Assembly (NCBI GenBank): GCA_038087875.1
Contig: CM075987.1
Coordinates: 19,904,001-19,968,000, forward strand
Reading direction: 5' to 3'
DNA: 64,000 bases
Origin: Malacoraja senta
Taxonomy: Eukaryota
Within the stretch, counting starts at the first letter, position 1; each line of letters begins with the position of its first letter. The position numbers and the translations under genes are program-made. Below, in pieces: positions 1 to 12,958 of this stretch. The notes under the pieces were generated by a model. It made no database searches. It was not told where the DNA came from and was given only the letters and a program-made list of their open reading frames with translations.

Positions 1-1275
1 TTGAGGAACCTTTCGCATCTTGGTCACATTGATTGGTCTATTGATGAAATTTGATTTGTCTGATTCTTTGAACGAAAATACATAGTAAAGGTAATGTGTG
101 CAATCTGGTCTATTGAGCATTTGATTAAATGTGTGGCTGACCTTTTGATTTTGTCAGCAATTTTAATTTTAAATTCTCAACATGCTGCACTGTTTGACTT
201 TCCAATATCACGTGAGTAGAAAAACAGGCTTAGCATTTCAGTTGTTCGTTACTGTTCCGTTCAGCATTATACGTCTGAAAATCTCAGATTCCTGGAACGG
301 AATGTAAATGCAACCATTTGCTCTCGACTCGTTCCACACTGCAAATTCGACAAAAGAATTTAGATATAAATTATCTTTGTTCCAATAACATAATTTCTGT
401 TTCTTTTGGCACAATTTCGATATTGGTTGTACATGGGTTAGATTCACAGTGTTGCCTGGGAAATTAGGTCACATTGTTCCAAGAAGCATCTATTAGTAGT
501 CACAACCAGGCATAAATCTGCTTGACCAACGACAACCCTATTTAAGTTCTTGGACCAGGTTCACTCAGCATCAGGAATCCAACCCAGGTAGGACCATGTT
601 TATTTATTTTTTAATGCAACTGCACAGTTTACCCCATTACCTGACATTTCCCATACTTCCTCCGGCCCTGATGAGCATATTGAAGCACAAACGCTATGCC
701 CCTCTCCGCAAGCTCCTGATCTCCAGATCCACCTTCCCATCTTCACTTCCCCCATCCCCATTCGCCATCAATGTGCTGATCGCATGCCACCATTCCCACC
801 CTTGCAGTCAACACAGTACTAGACCGATCTAACTGTTCAGAGGTCTCAATCTCCCCAAGGTCCTGATCATGACACTTCCCAGCACTGTCCAAAAATCTAA
901 TAGAATCATAGAGTCTCACAGCGTGGAAGCAGGCCCTTCGGCCCAACTTCGGCCCATACACCCGCCTCGCTTTGAATGAAAATGTTACCCTATTAAATCT
1001 TTCCCCCCTCACCTTAAACCTATGTTCTCTGGTTCTCAATTCCCCTACTCTGGCAAGAGACACTGTGTGTCTACCCGATCTGATCCTTTGATGATTTTGT
1101 ATACCTCTCTAAGATCACCCCTCATCCTCCTGTGCTCAAAGGAATAGAGTCCCAGCCTGCTCAGCCTCTCCTTATAGCTCAGGTCCTCGCATCCTTCCCA
1201 CACCAAATAACATGCACCATCTACACTAGTCCCACCTGCCTGCATTTGGCTCATATCCCTCTAAACTTGTCCTAC

Positions 1276-2365
1276 CAGCAGAGACTCATCCGATCAGCAG
1301 TAAACTCATCCGATCAGCAGAGAAGGTTATTGGCTGCAACCTTCCCTCCATTGATGAACTGTACACTGCAAGGGCCAGGAAGCGAGAGGGCAAGATCATC
1401 TCTGACCCCTCTCACCCCGGCCACAAACTCTTTGAATCACTTCCATCTGGAAGGCGACTCTGGTTTGTCAAAGATGCCACAGCCAGACATAAAAACAGTT
1501 TTTATCCACGAGTAGTTACATAGATACATAGATACATAGAAAATAGGTGCAGGAGTAGGCCATTCGGCCCTTCGAGCCTGCACCACCATTCAATATGATC
1601 ATGGCTGATCATCCAACTCAGTATCCCGTACCTGCCTTCTCTCCATACCCCCTGATCCCTTTAGCCACAAGGGCCACATCTAACTCCCTCTTAAATATAG
1701 CCAATGAACTGGCTTCAACTACCCTCTGTGGCAGAGAGTTCCAGAGATTCACCACTCTCTGTGTGAAAAAGTTTTTCCTCATCTCGGTCTTAAAGGATTT
1801 CCCCCTTATCCTTAAGCTGTGACCCCTTGTCCTGGACTTCCCCAACATCGGGAACAATCTTCCTGCATCTAGCCTGTCCAACCCCATAAGAATTTTGTAC
1901 GTTTCTATAAGATCCCCTCTCAATCTCCTAAATTCTAGCAAGTATAAGCCAAGTCTATCCAGTCTTTCTTCATATGAAAGTCCTGACATCCCAGGAATCA
2001 GTCTGGTGAACCTTCTCTGCACTCCCTCTATGGCTATAATGTCCTTCCTCAGATTTGGAGGAATCTGAGGAAGGCTGTTGAGTAGTTGCTCTACTCAACA
2101 GATTTTGGCTGTTGAGTAGTTGCTCTACTCAACAGCCAAAAATCTGTAGCCTCCTTTTGATCTGGTATTTTGTTGGTTCACATGCTTGATCAATGGTGTT
2201 TTATCATTAATGTTTTATTATTATTAATGTTTAGTGTTTTCTGAGTCATTCGTAACTGTCACTGTATGTCATGTTACTTGTGGGCGAAGCACCAAGGCCA
2301 ATTCCTTGTATGTGAATACTTGGCCAATAAACTAACTTACTTACTAACTTACTTACTTACTTACT
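1276..2365 (+). mobile_element. Rex1/Babar-type LINE 3' fragment with (TTAC)n tail, interrupted by a CR1
   Basis: Encodes IGCNLPSIDELY..KIISDPSHPGHKLFESLPSGRR; resumes at 2114; AATAAA followed by a (TTAC)n tail at ~2326-2365. Confidence 0.75.
1518..2060 (-). mobile_element. Young 5'-truncated CR1 LINE
   Basis: ORF 1618-2022 is an intact CR1 ORF2 C-terminus; short-repeat tail at 1518-1545; GAGTAGTT duplicated at 1510-1517 and 2114-2121. Confidence 0.9.
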
Positions 2366-2759
2366 ACCCATGTACCTGTTTAAATGTTGCTTAAATGTTG
2401 CATTAGTACCTGCTCCAACTATCTCCTTCGGTAGCTTGTTCCATACACCCACCTCTCTTTGTATGAAAATGTTTCCCCTCAGGTTCTTATTAAATCTTCC
2501 CCCCCCCTCACCTTAAACCTATGTCCTCTGGTTCTCAATTCCCCTACTCTGGGCAAGAGACACTGTGTACCTACCAGATCTAATCCTCTCATAATTTCTA
2601 TAAGAACACCACTCATCCTCCTGCGCTCCAAGGAATAGAATCCTAGCCGGCTCAGCTTCTCCTTATAGCTCAGGCCCTCACGTCCTGGGAACATCTTCGT
2701 AAATCTTCTCTGCTCTTATCTGTGATCTAATTTTTATTTGGTTTTGCAAGAGAATGGGC

Positions 2760-3950
2760 TAGTTATTGGCAGACAACATGGCTTTGTCCAAGGTAGGTCG
2801 TGACTTACAAAGTTGATCGACGTTTTTCAGGAGATAATGTAGGTGATCAATGATGGTAGGGCAGTGGATGTTGTCTACATGGTCTTTACTGAGGCATTTG
2901 CAAAGGTCTCTTATGGTAGGCTGATCCTGAATATTAAGATGCATGGGATCCACAGTGACTTGATCATTTGGATTCAAAATTGGCTTACACATAGAAGACC
3001 GAGGGTAATGGTTGAAATTATTCCGGGGGTTTGTGGCCAATGGAGTTCCCCAGGGATCAGTACTGGAACATCTGTTGTTTGTGATATAAATAAATGACTT
3101 GGACAAAAATGGAGATGGGTTGGTTAGTATGTTTGCAGAAGACACAAACATTGGTGGAGATGCAAATGATGAAGAAAGCTGTCAAATGATACAGCAGGTT
3201 ATATAGATCAGTTATAGATCCGGGTGGAGAAATGGCAGATAGAGTTAAATCTGAGCAAGTGTGAGTTGTTGCACTTTGGGAGGTCAAATGTAAGGGGAAA
3301 GTGTACAGTTGATGACAAGATGCTTAATGGTATTCATGCACAGAGGGATCTTGGGGGGAGGGGGTCACGTCCATTGGTCCCTGAAAGTAGCAAAACAGCT
3401 GAATAGAATGTAAAGAAGGCATATGATATGTTTGCTTTTCATTGGTCAGCAAGATGTTATAGAACTTTGGTCCAACCGCATTTAGTATATTGTGTACAGT
3501 CCCGTTCCAGAAAGGTAGTAGAGGCTTTGGAGAGGGTCAAGATGTGACTTACCAGAACGCTATGTGGATTAGAGAGTATTACCTATAAGGAGAGTTTGAA
3601 CACACTTGGATTGTTTTCTCTGGAGTGTTGGAGGGGAGACCTGAGAGAAGTATATAATATTATAAGAGGCTTAGACAGGGTAGATGGTCAGACTTTTTTG
3701 GGGGGGTTGGAAATATCAAATTACAGAGGGCATAGCTCGAAGGCTTGAGGGGAAAACTTTAAAGGAGATGTGTGGAGCAAGTCCTTTACACAGAGTGGTA
3801 GATGCATGGAGTGTGCTGTCAGGGGTGGTGGTGGAAGCCGATATGATATATTTTAGATAGTCACATGGATACGAGGGATAAAGGAGAAAGGATTAGTTCA
3901 AATTGACATCATGTTTGGCACAGATATTGTTGGTCAAAGGGCCTGTTTTT
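2760..3950 (+). mobile_element. Degenerate CR1 LINE (RT region to 3' end)
   Basis: Broken ORFs with AVDVVYM..AFAKVSYGRL, WIQNWL and KWQIELNLSKCELLHFGRSN. Confidence 0.8.
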
Positions 3951-3958
3951 GTGCTTTA

Positions 3959-4507
3959 AGGGCCTGTCCCACGGGCATGCGACTCCATGCGGCAAGCGCG
4001 ACCTAACCGCAAGCAGGGACCGTGCGGGGGCCGCACGGAGGTTGCGGGGCCGGTCCCACTTCGATCGCCGGAGCCGTATGGAGTTGGTCCCGACATTGCA
4101 CGGTGCTCCGAAAAACTGACACTGTTCAAAAATTCCGTGCGGCAACGGCCTGCCGCCCCACAGCGGCATCGAGGCCATGCGCGCCGCATCGACGGCCGTG
4201 CGCACCGCCTCAACGCCGGACGCAGCCGCCTCGAGGCCGTGCGCACCGCCTCGACGTCGGACGCAGCCGCATCGAGGCCGTGCGCACCGCCTCAACGGCC
4301 GTGCGCACCGCCTCGCCGCCATACGCACCGTCTTAACGTCACTCGACCTCCGCGCGGCCCCCGCTTCCGGTTTGGTAGCGCTTGCCGCATGCAGCCGCAT
4401 GCTGGTGGGACCGGCCCTGTACGGGGATCACTCGACCTCCGCGCGGCCCTCGCTTCCGGTTAGGTTGCGCTTGCCGCATGGAGTCGCATGCCCGTGGGAC
4501 AGGCCCT
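3959..4507. mobile_element. PIF/Harbinger-type MITE, GC-rich, with internal tandem repeats
   Basis: About 50-bp TIRs starting AGGGCCTGTCCCAC; TTA on both sides (3956-3958, 4508-4510). Confidence 0.88.
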
Positions 4508-7500
4508 TTACTTATCAATGTTCTAATATCTAGTTAACTCACATCCTCAAGGTTCCAATTTCTGAACTTCACCATATCCTCTCTGATGCGCTGTTTACAT
4601 GGCCATAGTTAAGGCACCAAAGACTACCATTAATATATCTGCTCCCCAGACCTTGGGGTTTGAATCTGTGCTCCAATCTGGCCCAAAATGTAGACCATTT
4701 CTCCCCATCAATAACCCTCACCCAAAAAAAGCACCAGGCTCATCTTAATTTTCTCATGCAAAATGTAGCCCACTAAGGAAAGTGTCCAATGAGCAGCCAT
4801 TTGGATGTTAGGTTCTACTAAATCTTGCTGTGGTGGATTCTCAATCAAAATAAATTCACAATCACCCTTGACGTGATCGATTGTCATGCCATGAAAAGAA
4901 ATGCAGTGATGAAATTATAAAGCAAAAACTCTGGATAAAGTAATAGCGTTGTTAAAAAGAGCTTGAAATTTGGCTGTAGTATCACAAGATAAATAAAGAT
5001 TTACTGCTGGTTCCAGAAGCCCATCCAAAATGGTTGTTCCCAACAGTTTTTAAAGCCAACTATGTCCTCAGAGACAATGTAAATATTGACACCCAAGGAA
5101 TAGACTGCTGCTTCTCTCTGGCTTCTGGTGCAGCCCATTGTTGAGGTTTATGTAATACAGTCAGTAGTCTCTGTATCACAAGGCTCAGGCATTAATACTT
5201 AAGTGTTGTCATTGCAGTCAAAACCCACTTATTAACATCTCACAATATCGGATTATTTATGAGGATCTAAACACATTCATTTTCTATTTAAATTCTGTTT
5301 TGCAATAATTTGGATAGCACTGCAACGAGGTTAAACATTTTAATTATTATCCTGACTTTTCCCTTTCAGCGTTGTGCTGATTAATATCCTAAAATGTGAA
5401 GTGTAAATTTCTCAAAACACAATGATTTGATTGTCAGAAGCAGCATGACTATTTGCTACCACCATAGCAACTTGACACAATATGAAAGTTGCGCATGCTT
5501 CAATGAAATGTTGTACTTGATTTAATATGAGGGATAGATCTGCAGCCCTTGAATGCAAGATCATGCGAGAAGGGCTGATTCAATTGCTATTGTTCCAACA
5601 GTCTTATACTGCAGTGTATTTGGCAATACTGCATGTGATGTCAACATAAACAGTAGTCACTAGCCAGATGACAAAAGTCCTGTTCTGGAAATAATCAGAG
5701 ATGTGAATGCAATTTTGTTCAAAATACCATCTCTTGACAAACAATCATATACATTTCAGGAGATGCTTCTCAATATTTTACTGGCCTGATATTTTACAGT
5801 CAAAATCTTATTATTCTTTTTTCATGTCTGGTAATTGTTGGCAATGCTCAGATCGTGAGTTAGATTTTCAGAATAAATCAAGTAGAAAATTACCAATCAA
5901 TCTAGTGGCTCTGAATGATACCTTCTGCAGAGAACTGCAATTGTTTCCATGTTTAGCTGGAATTATATAAAATAGATTAAGATAATACAAAATCACTTAA
6001 CTATGTGGATAGTTAGCCTGATTATGAATGGGCTTTGATCACATGTATATCAAATAATATAATAATTATGGTATTTTCAAACAACTTGTTTTTAGAAATA
6101 AATAATCTCTATTTAAATTGCTTTAAACATGCTGATGATGTTCCTTTTCAACTATATTCCCAATTCTGTGGTCTAAATTGAGATTTTTTTTCCCATAAAT
6201 TTCTTGAAGATTATAGAAATATTGGTTCTGGCAAAATGATTGGACTGGCTTCTTCCAGGAGTGAAAAGTATCCAAACAGTGGAGCAACATGTTTGTTGAG
6301 CTCACAATATAGATCAAGATGACTTGCACACCACGACAAAATACTGTTCTCTCGTAGGGATAAATGCACAGACACCCACAAACAGTTACTCTATCCACAC
6401 CCATATCCTACTTTCCCCTACAACCTCTACCCCACCAAACATAACTACAGGGATTAAGTACCTGATTATTTAGAGATGATGCTGCAAAGTTGGGCTAGGA
6501 TATTAAAAGCCACAACAAGCCTCTTAAACAAGAAAAGCACAAAACTACCATTGCAGATAAATATTACATTTTTCCATTTAGGTAATGTTTAAGATTGTTA
6601 TAAACAATTCTCCAAGCACAGCAGCATTCAAGTATGTTCTAATTTAAGGTACTTAACCTATTTAAGTGTGCTGAATGTCCTCTTTAAGGTAAACTCATGT
6701 GGGGGGGGGGGGGGGGGGGGGAAGACAAGCCTGTCCTTTTGCATGATTAAATAACAAAATCCTCGAGCATGGATGTGGTGATGCTACTCCAAACAAGATT
6801 TTTCACTGTACCTGTGCATACAATAGTAAACTCAAATTGAACTTGAACTTTTAAACCCAGAGCTACTGATGTATGCAAAACTGTTAAGATTTAATTTCAG
6901 AGTAAATTAATTAATAGGCTTTTGTTTTTAATTTATGAAAGTTATTTTTTATTATTTTAAAATATACAGGATTTTGAATTCATTTCTCATGATAACCTTT
7001 GAGTACCAAAGGAGTTGTTCAGTAGTACTTGTGATTGTGCTTGGCCTTGGAGCCTTAGTTAACATCAGACATATTTTCATTTTTTTTACAGTTAAAGTGG
7101 TTCAATAAAAAGTTTATAGGAAAAATGTTTTTTGGTTGCCAATGCCAAGTGTGTGGATGAGATTTGGCTGTTGGCTGCTATCACACTCTACTGGCATTGT
7201 GGACATTGAATATGCAGTGATGAGTATAACAAGTGTCCAAAACTCACTCAGACTTACACTAATGGTCAGCGATGCATTTCTCCCCGTTTGAATGTAAATT
7301 CCTTTTACACGATTGCCAAAGAAAACAAAATCACAGTCTATGTGGGTGCAGGGAGTCATTGGCAGCAATTCTTGGATTTCTTCATTTAACTGAACATGTG
7401 AATATCCAGATGTCTGCTTTTCTTCATTCTAAGTGCAAGTGCTGATAGCTGAGCAATTCTCATCACAAATTTTAGGCAATTATATATCCCATCCAGATCT

Positions 7501-7756
7501 TCTAGCTACCCATCTACCACTGTCTAATGAGGGACTAATTACTTTAATCCACATTACAACCAGATTTGTGTTGACTTTGAAGTTGTCTATAAAACTAGAA
7601 ATCCTCCATAACAATTGTTTTGACAAGCATTGAATAATCTGAATGGAATGCCATGACTGTCAAAATAAGATGTTCTTCTCTATTGCACCTTTATAATTGA
7701 ACGCAATATCCAGCCTGCCACATCTGTGAATTTGTCCAGCACAGACTAAAACACTA

Positions 7757-7848
7757 CACAAAGTGCTAGGGGAACTCAGTGGGTCTGGCAGCATCTGTGG
7801 AGGGAATGAACAGGTGATGTTTTGGGTTGGGATCTTTCTTCAGACTGA
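7757..7848 (-). mobile_element. Degenerate Penelope terminal-repeat fragment
   Basis: Reverse complement resembles the repeat at 53065-53159. Confidence 0.65.
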
Positions 7849-8339
7849 CCTAAAGTTATTTGTGTTTCCAGATTAAAGACAGCAAATGGGGCAGTACACT
7901 AACACAATGGAAATTTAACTGATACAGACTTCAATACAACGTTTGAATATGACAATAATGTCATTTTTAGGCCTTTTCACACATAATATTTGCCATGTCT
8001 AAAACTACAAGTGATATTTGTACCTTAGGAGTGATGTTCTTATTGACCATATTATTGACCTAGTAAGGCTGTAATTCAGGAGGTTTGAGAATTGGACTTA
8101 AAGTGATCATTTCCAGCAGCAGGCACAAAATTATGTTATTTTCTTCCAGTTGCGTTTGCATCCGAGTGAAATGTTTGGCTGTTTATCATGTTTTGTTTCC
8201 AAGTTTCTGTGTGGAAAAAATAAATTTAAGGCTGTTATATGACAGGACTTCGCCACATAACACATTGAAGTAGAGACTATTCAAGAGTTCCAATTTTAGT
8301 AAACATCATCTGGACTTCTTGCTATATTTATATCCCCTT

Positions 8340-8490
8340 AGATAGGGCTCTTGAAGGTAGCGGAGTCAGGGGATACGGGGAGAAGGTAGGAACAGGGTAC
8401 CCATTGTGGATGTTCAGCCATGATCGCATTGAATGGCGATGCTGGCTTGAGGGGCCGAATGGCCTACTCCTGCACCTATTGTCTATTGAT
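8340..8490 (+). mobile_element. CR1 3' tail fragment
   Basis: ggccgaatggcctactcctgcacctattgtctattg, the same 3' UTR as other CR1 copies. Confidence 0.8.
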
Positions 8491-8506
8491 AAAAATACTG
8501 TTTTGT

Positions 8507-8732
8507 GACCTGTCCCACTGCGGCGTCTTAATTTGCGAGTTTAGAAGAGTTTGCTCTCGACTCAAACTCACAGCATAGTCGACACGTGGTCCTAAGAGGT
8601 CACTGGAACTCTCCTTCATGCTCGAGGGAAGTTCCCGCATACTCCCAGCCTCAGTTTGGTCGAGGAGTTTCCGCGAGTAAAAATTGGTGGAGTGTGGTCG
8701 CTAGGCAGTCGAGGTAGCCGTCGAGAATCGTC
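8507..8732. mobile_element. Truncated Harbinger-type MITE (one end only)
   Basis: CCTGTCCCACTGCGGCG start; reverse complement of the right part of the MITE at 52448-53014. Confidence 0.75.
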
Positions 8733-8734
8733 CT

Positions 8735-9045
8735 GCACTACATGCAATAGTTTACTTTTTGAATACCCTATCTACCTTTGGTGGCACTTTCAATGAACTA
8801 TGTACCTGCACTCCTAGATCCCTCTGCACTACTACACTCCCCAGAGCCCTGCCATTCACTGTGTAGGTCCTGCCCATGTTAGACTTCCCAAAATGCACAC
8901 CTCACATTTCTCTGTATTAAATTTCATCAACCATTCCTCAGCCCATCTGCCCAAACTGTCAAGATCTTGCTGCAATTTTTGACAACCATCTTCACTATCT
9001 ACAATACCACCCACTTGAATGTCATCTGCAAACTTGCCAATCATG
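8735..9045 (-). mobile_element. CR1 RT fragment
   Basis: ORF 8856-9044: KFADD..VGGIVDSEDGCQKLQQDLD..W...WLM.FN..KCEV. Confidence 0.85.
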
Positions 9046-10670
9046 CTATGCCATGCCTAAGCAAAAACGGAATAAAAATCCTATTTTATTCTTTTGGTTT
9101 AACTACACCACATGGATAGCTGAAGAATTGGAAAGATCAACTCAGCTACATAAAACCTCTCTTCAGAATTTAAAATATGGTATGGATAATTCATAAAGAA
9201 AACGGGAACGGAAATAAATACCGATGTTCTCAAGTTCTGTTGGAACTTTCCAAATCCTTAAGCTGCCCCAGCCACCATTTTACTTTGTACCTTGTAATGT
9301 AAATAACTACATTACGCAGATACTTTGGAATAGAAAATGGCAAATGTTCTATATTTGCTGCAATTTACCTTCATTGTGACTTTCTATATCTTGACATTTT
9401 ATGTCACGTGCTACCTACAACAGGCAAAGGAACTCTGTGAATTTGATAATAAAATTAGCTGCAGATTGCATATTTTGCATGCATCCATCCAGCACTCAAT
9501 TGCATTGCCCATCCCAGTTTTTCTGATAACAGATCATTCACACACTAAGTCAGTCCTCATTTGCTCCTGGCATTTATATTTTGAAAACGTTTAATGTGTG
9601 GGTTAAAGGATCTTGGACATCTGTCCATACCTTGCCCCAGTGTTGTTGACTCTTGCAGGAATCAAGAACAGTTGGTTACAACAGTCTAATGAAATTAATG
9701 TATTATTAAGTTTGCTGCTTAAAATAAATGACAATTGAATTATGGGGCAATAGCTTATCCTCTTTCTCTTTGAACATTTCAAGTATTTTTAAATTGTTGA
9801 ACCCAGGCTGTTCAACATGGTAACTCTGGTGCAAAAGATAACTAATTCTGGTTCTTATAATAAATGAAGCTACTGAATGGAATTCTAGCTTTCTCATTTC
9901 CATTTCCAACAGAAAGAATATTACATAGAAACATAGAAAAATGGGTGCAGGAGTAGGCCATTCGGCCCTTCGATCCAGCACCGACATTCAAAATGACCAT
10001 GGCTGATCATCTAAAATCAGTACCCCGTTCTTGCTTTTTCTCCATGATTCCTTTAGGCCTAAGAGCTACATCTAACTCTCTTGAAAACATCCAGTGAATT
10101 GGCCTCCACTGCCTTCTATGGCAGAGAATTCCACAGATTCACTACTCTCTGGGTGATTTTTTCTTTCGTCATCTCAGTCCTAAATGGCCTACCCCTTATT
10201 CTTAAACTGTGACCCCTGGTTCTCGACTCCCCCAACATCAGGAACATTTTTCCTGCATCTAGCCTGTCCAATCCTTTAAGGATTTTATATGTTTCTATAA
10301 GATCCCCTCTCATCCTTCTAAATTCCAGTGAATACAAGCCCAGTCGACCCATTTTTTCACCATATGTCAGTCCCGCCAATCCGGGAATTAACCTGATGAA
10401 CCTACGCTGCACTCCCTCAATAGCAAGAATGTCCTTCCTCCAATTAGGTAAACAATACTGCACACAATACTCCAAGTGTGGTCTCACCAGGCCCCTGTAC
10501 AACTGCAGTAGGACCTCCTTGCTCCTATACTCAAATCCTCTCGCTATTAAGGCCAACATGCCATTTGCTTTCTTCACTGCCTGCTGTACCTGCATTCTTA
10601 CTTTCTGTGACTGATGTACAAGGACACCCAGGTCTCGTTGCACTTCCCCTTTTCCTAAGCTGACAACATT

Positions 10671-10796
10671 CTGAAGAAGGGTCTCGACCCAAAACGTCAT
10701 CCATTCCATCTCTCCAGAGATGATGCCTGTCCCGCTGAGTTGCTCCAGCTTGTTGTGTCTTTCTTCAGTTTAAACCAGCATTTGCAGTTCCTTCTT
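10671..10796 (+). mobile_element. Short Penelope terminal-repeat unit with hammerhead-like motif, inserted in CR1
   Basis: CTGAAGAAGGGTCTCGACCCAAAACGTC start; flanked by ACAACATTC (10663-10671) and ACACCATTC (10797-10805). Confidence 0.75.
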
Positions 10797-10840
10797 ACAC
10801 CATTCAGATAATAATCTGCCCTCTTATTCTGCCGCCACAT

Positions 10841-10841
<1 letters not shown>

Positions 10842-10898
<57 letters not shown>
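10842..10898. repeat. (AGAT)n microsatellite, the 3' tail of the Rex1 LINE
   Basis: About 14 AGAT units directly followed by TTTATT (minus-strand AATAAA). Confidence 0.95.
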
Positions 10899-10900
<2 letters not shown>

Positions 10901-12958
10901 ATCTTTATTTGCCACACGACCAGGGTTGGTGGTATTTGGGTTCGGTACATGATGGTACACTGCTTTAGTCACAATTAACACTAATAACAACACAAATCAT
11001 AATAATAAAGTGCATCCATACCACATCACAAATCACAAATCTCACCAACAATACATAGTGCAAAAGAACAGACAAAAACCATAGACAAGACACTGTATAC
11101 ATCAAAAGTCAAAAAGTTATTGGAGGGAATTAAGTGTTCTTATTGCTGAGGGGAAGAAACTGTTTTTAAAGCGGGTGGATTTTGTAACAAGTGACCTAAG
11201 GTGGTTTGCTGGATGGGAGGAGTCCGAGATGATCTTTGTTGCCCGTTTTGAGGTACGTTGGAGGTAAATGGAATGGATTGAGGGGAGGGGAGAGTTGATG
11301 ATCCTAGAGGCCTTGGAGACAATGCGCTGTATTCTGTGTAGTGAGTGACTGTCAGTGTTTCCGTACCAGACTGATTGAGGAGGTGATGATGCTTTCAATG
11401 ATGGATTGATAGAAACGGACCAGGAGGTGTTTGTGGACTCTGAACTTTTTGAGCTGTCTGAGGAAGTATAGACGTTGTTGTCCTTTCATGATGATGTGGT
11501 CTGCATTGATGTGCCATTTTAGATTATAGATACATAGAAAATAGGTGCAGGAGTAGGCCATTCGGCCCTTCGAGCCTGCACCGCCATTCAATATGATCAT
11601 GGCTGATCATCCAACTCAGTATCCCGTACCTGCCTTCTCTCCATACCCCCTGATCCCTTTAGCCACAAGGGCTAATTCCGTATTGCAGACCTGAGTTATT
11701 GCAGATATAGGTGCCCAGAAACTTAAATAAGTTCATGGAGGTTATGGGATGGGAGTTGACATGGACCGGGGGTTTGAGGTTTTGTTTGCATCTGAAATCC
11801 ATGATGATTTCTAAGGTTTTTGAGGTGTTAAGCTGGAGGTTGTTGTCTGCGCACCATTTGACTGCGCTGTCCACTGTTTGATGGTATTGTGATTCGTTGT
11901 TGTCTGAGATGAGGCCAATTATTGTTGTGTCGTCTGCATATTTGAAAATTTTAACGGAGCTGCATTGGGATGTGAGGTTGTTGGTGTAAAGTGAGAAGAG
12001 CTGAGGTGACAGAATGCACCCTTGAGGGGCTCCTGTATTGAGAGTCAGAGGGCTGGAGAGTTTTTCACCCACCTTGACTCTTTGCTGTCTGTTTGTCAGA
12101 AAATGTAAAATCCAATGGCACATGGCTAGGTGAATGCCCATGTCCAACAGTTTATTGTAGAGTTTAATTGGGTGTATAGTATTAAAGGCCGAGCTAAAAT
12201 CTATAAACAGGATGCGTGCATAAGTGTTCGGTGATTCCAAATGATGTAGGGAGTAGTGAAGAGCTAGGTTGATAGCATCCTCCACAGACCGGTTGGCGCT
12301 GTATGCAAATTGGAAAGGGTCCATGATGGGGACAGTGTATGTTTTCAGATGGGTGAGGACTATGTGCTCAAAGGCCTTCATGGCAACTGATGTTAGTGCA
12401 ACAGGTCTAAAATCGTTCAGACAGCTCACCTTGGAGGACTTGGGCTCAGGGATGATAATGGATGCTTTAAAACACTGCGGGACTCTACATTGGCTGAGGG
12501 AAGTGTTAAAGATGGAGGTGAACACAGGAGCCAGCTGAGCTGCACAGTGGTTAAGAGCAGCGGGGCTGAGGTCATCTGGCCCTGCCGCTTTTCTTTTATT
12601 AAGATTTTTGAAGGCTGCCCTCACTACCTCCTCAGAGATGGTGAATGATGCTGAGTTAGGAGGAGGGGGAGGCATGGATGGCGGGCTGACATTATCAAAG
12701 CGTGCATAAAAAGTGTTCAATTTTTCCGGTAAGTCCGGATCCTCATCTAAGATGGGAACAGGACGTTTTTTGTAGTCCGTGATCTTCTGTAGATTTTTCC
12801 AGACTTCTCTTGAATTATGAGTTTTGAATTGTTGTTCCAATTTCTTTGAATAAGCTAATTTTGCCTTCCGTATTGCAGACCTGAGTTCATATTTTGCTAT
12901 TTTGTATTGATCACTGTTTCCATTGGTGCAGGCTGCATTTTTCTTTTTGCGATTATAT
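10843..12958 (-). mobile_element. Rex1/Babar LINE, 5'-truncated, with an uninterrupted RT domain
   Basis: ORF 11659-12840 has KAAGPD, FRPVALTS, ILFIDFSSAFNTI, GAPQGCILSP and YADD; C-terminal pieces at 11117-11525; CCACATTA at both borders. Confidence 0.9.
11527..11672 (-). mobile_element. Young CR1 3' tail (~145 bp) inserted in the Rex1 RT gene
   Basis: Nearly identical to 1527-1674; splits the Rex1 peptide FLGTYICNN|LKWHIN. Confidence 0.9.

Larger units (their letters stand above)
900..2715 (-). mobile_element. Older CR1 LINE 3' fragments (about 900-1275 and 2366-2715) split by later insertions
   Basis: Minus-strand ORFs carry CR1 C-terminal motifs (LSYKERLSRLGLYS..RRMRGDL, RTRGHRFKVRG); the sequence ending at ~1275 continues at ~2366. 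Confidence 0.75.

Noticed and set aside
668..690. CTGATGA as another hammerhead core
   Set aside because: Followed by GAAG rather than GAAA and no convincing stem II.
4170..4330. Repeat array as a possible CRISPR
   Set aside because: No unique spacers or cas genes; vertebrate context; lies inside a MITE.
3909..4533. Five overlapping Arg/Ala-rich ORFs
   Set aside because: By-product of the GC-rich tandem interior of a TIR-bounded MITE; no domain motif.
6701..6721. Poly-G runs here and at 16206-16226
   Set aside because: Simple homopolymers of uncertain length with no supporting context.
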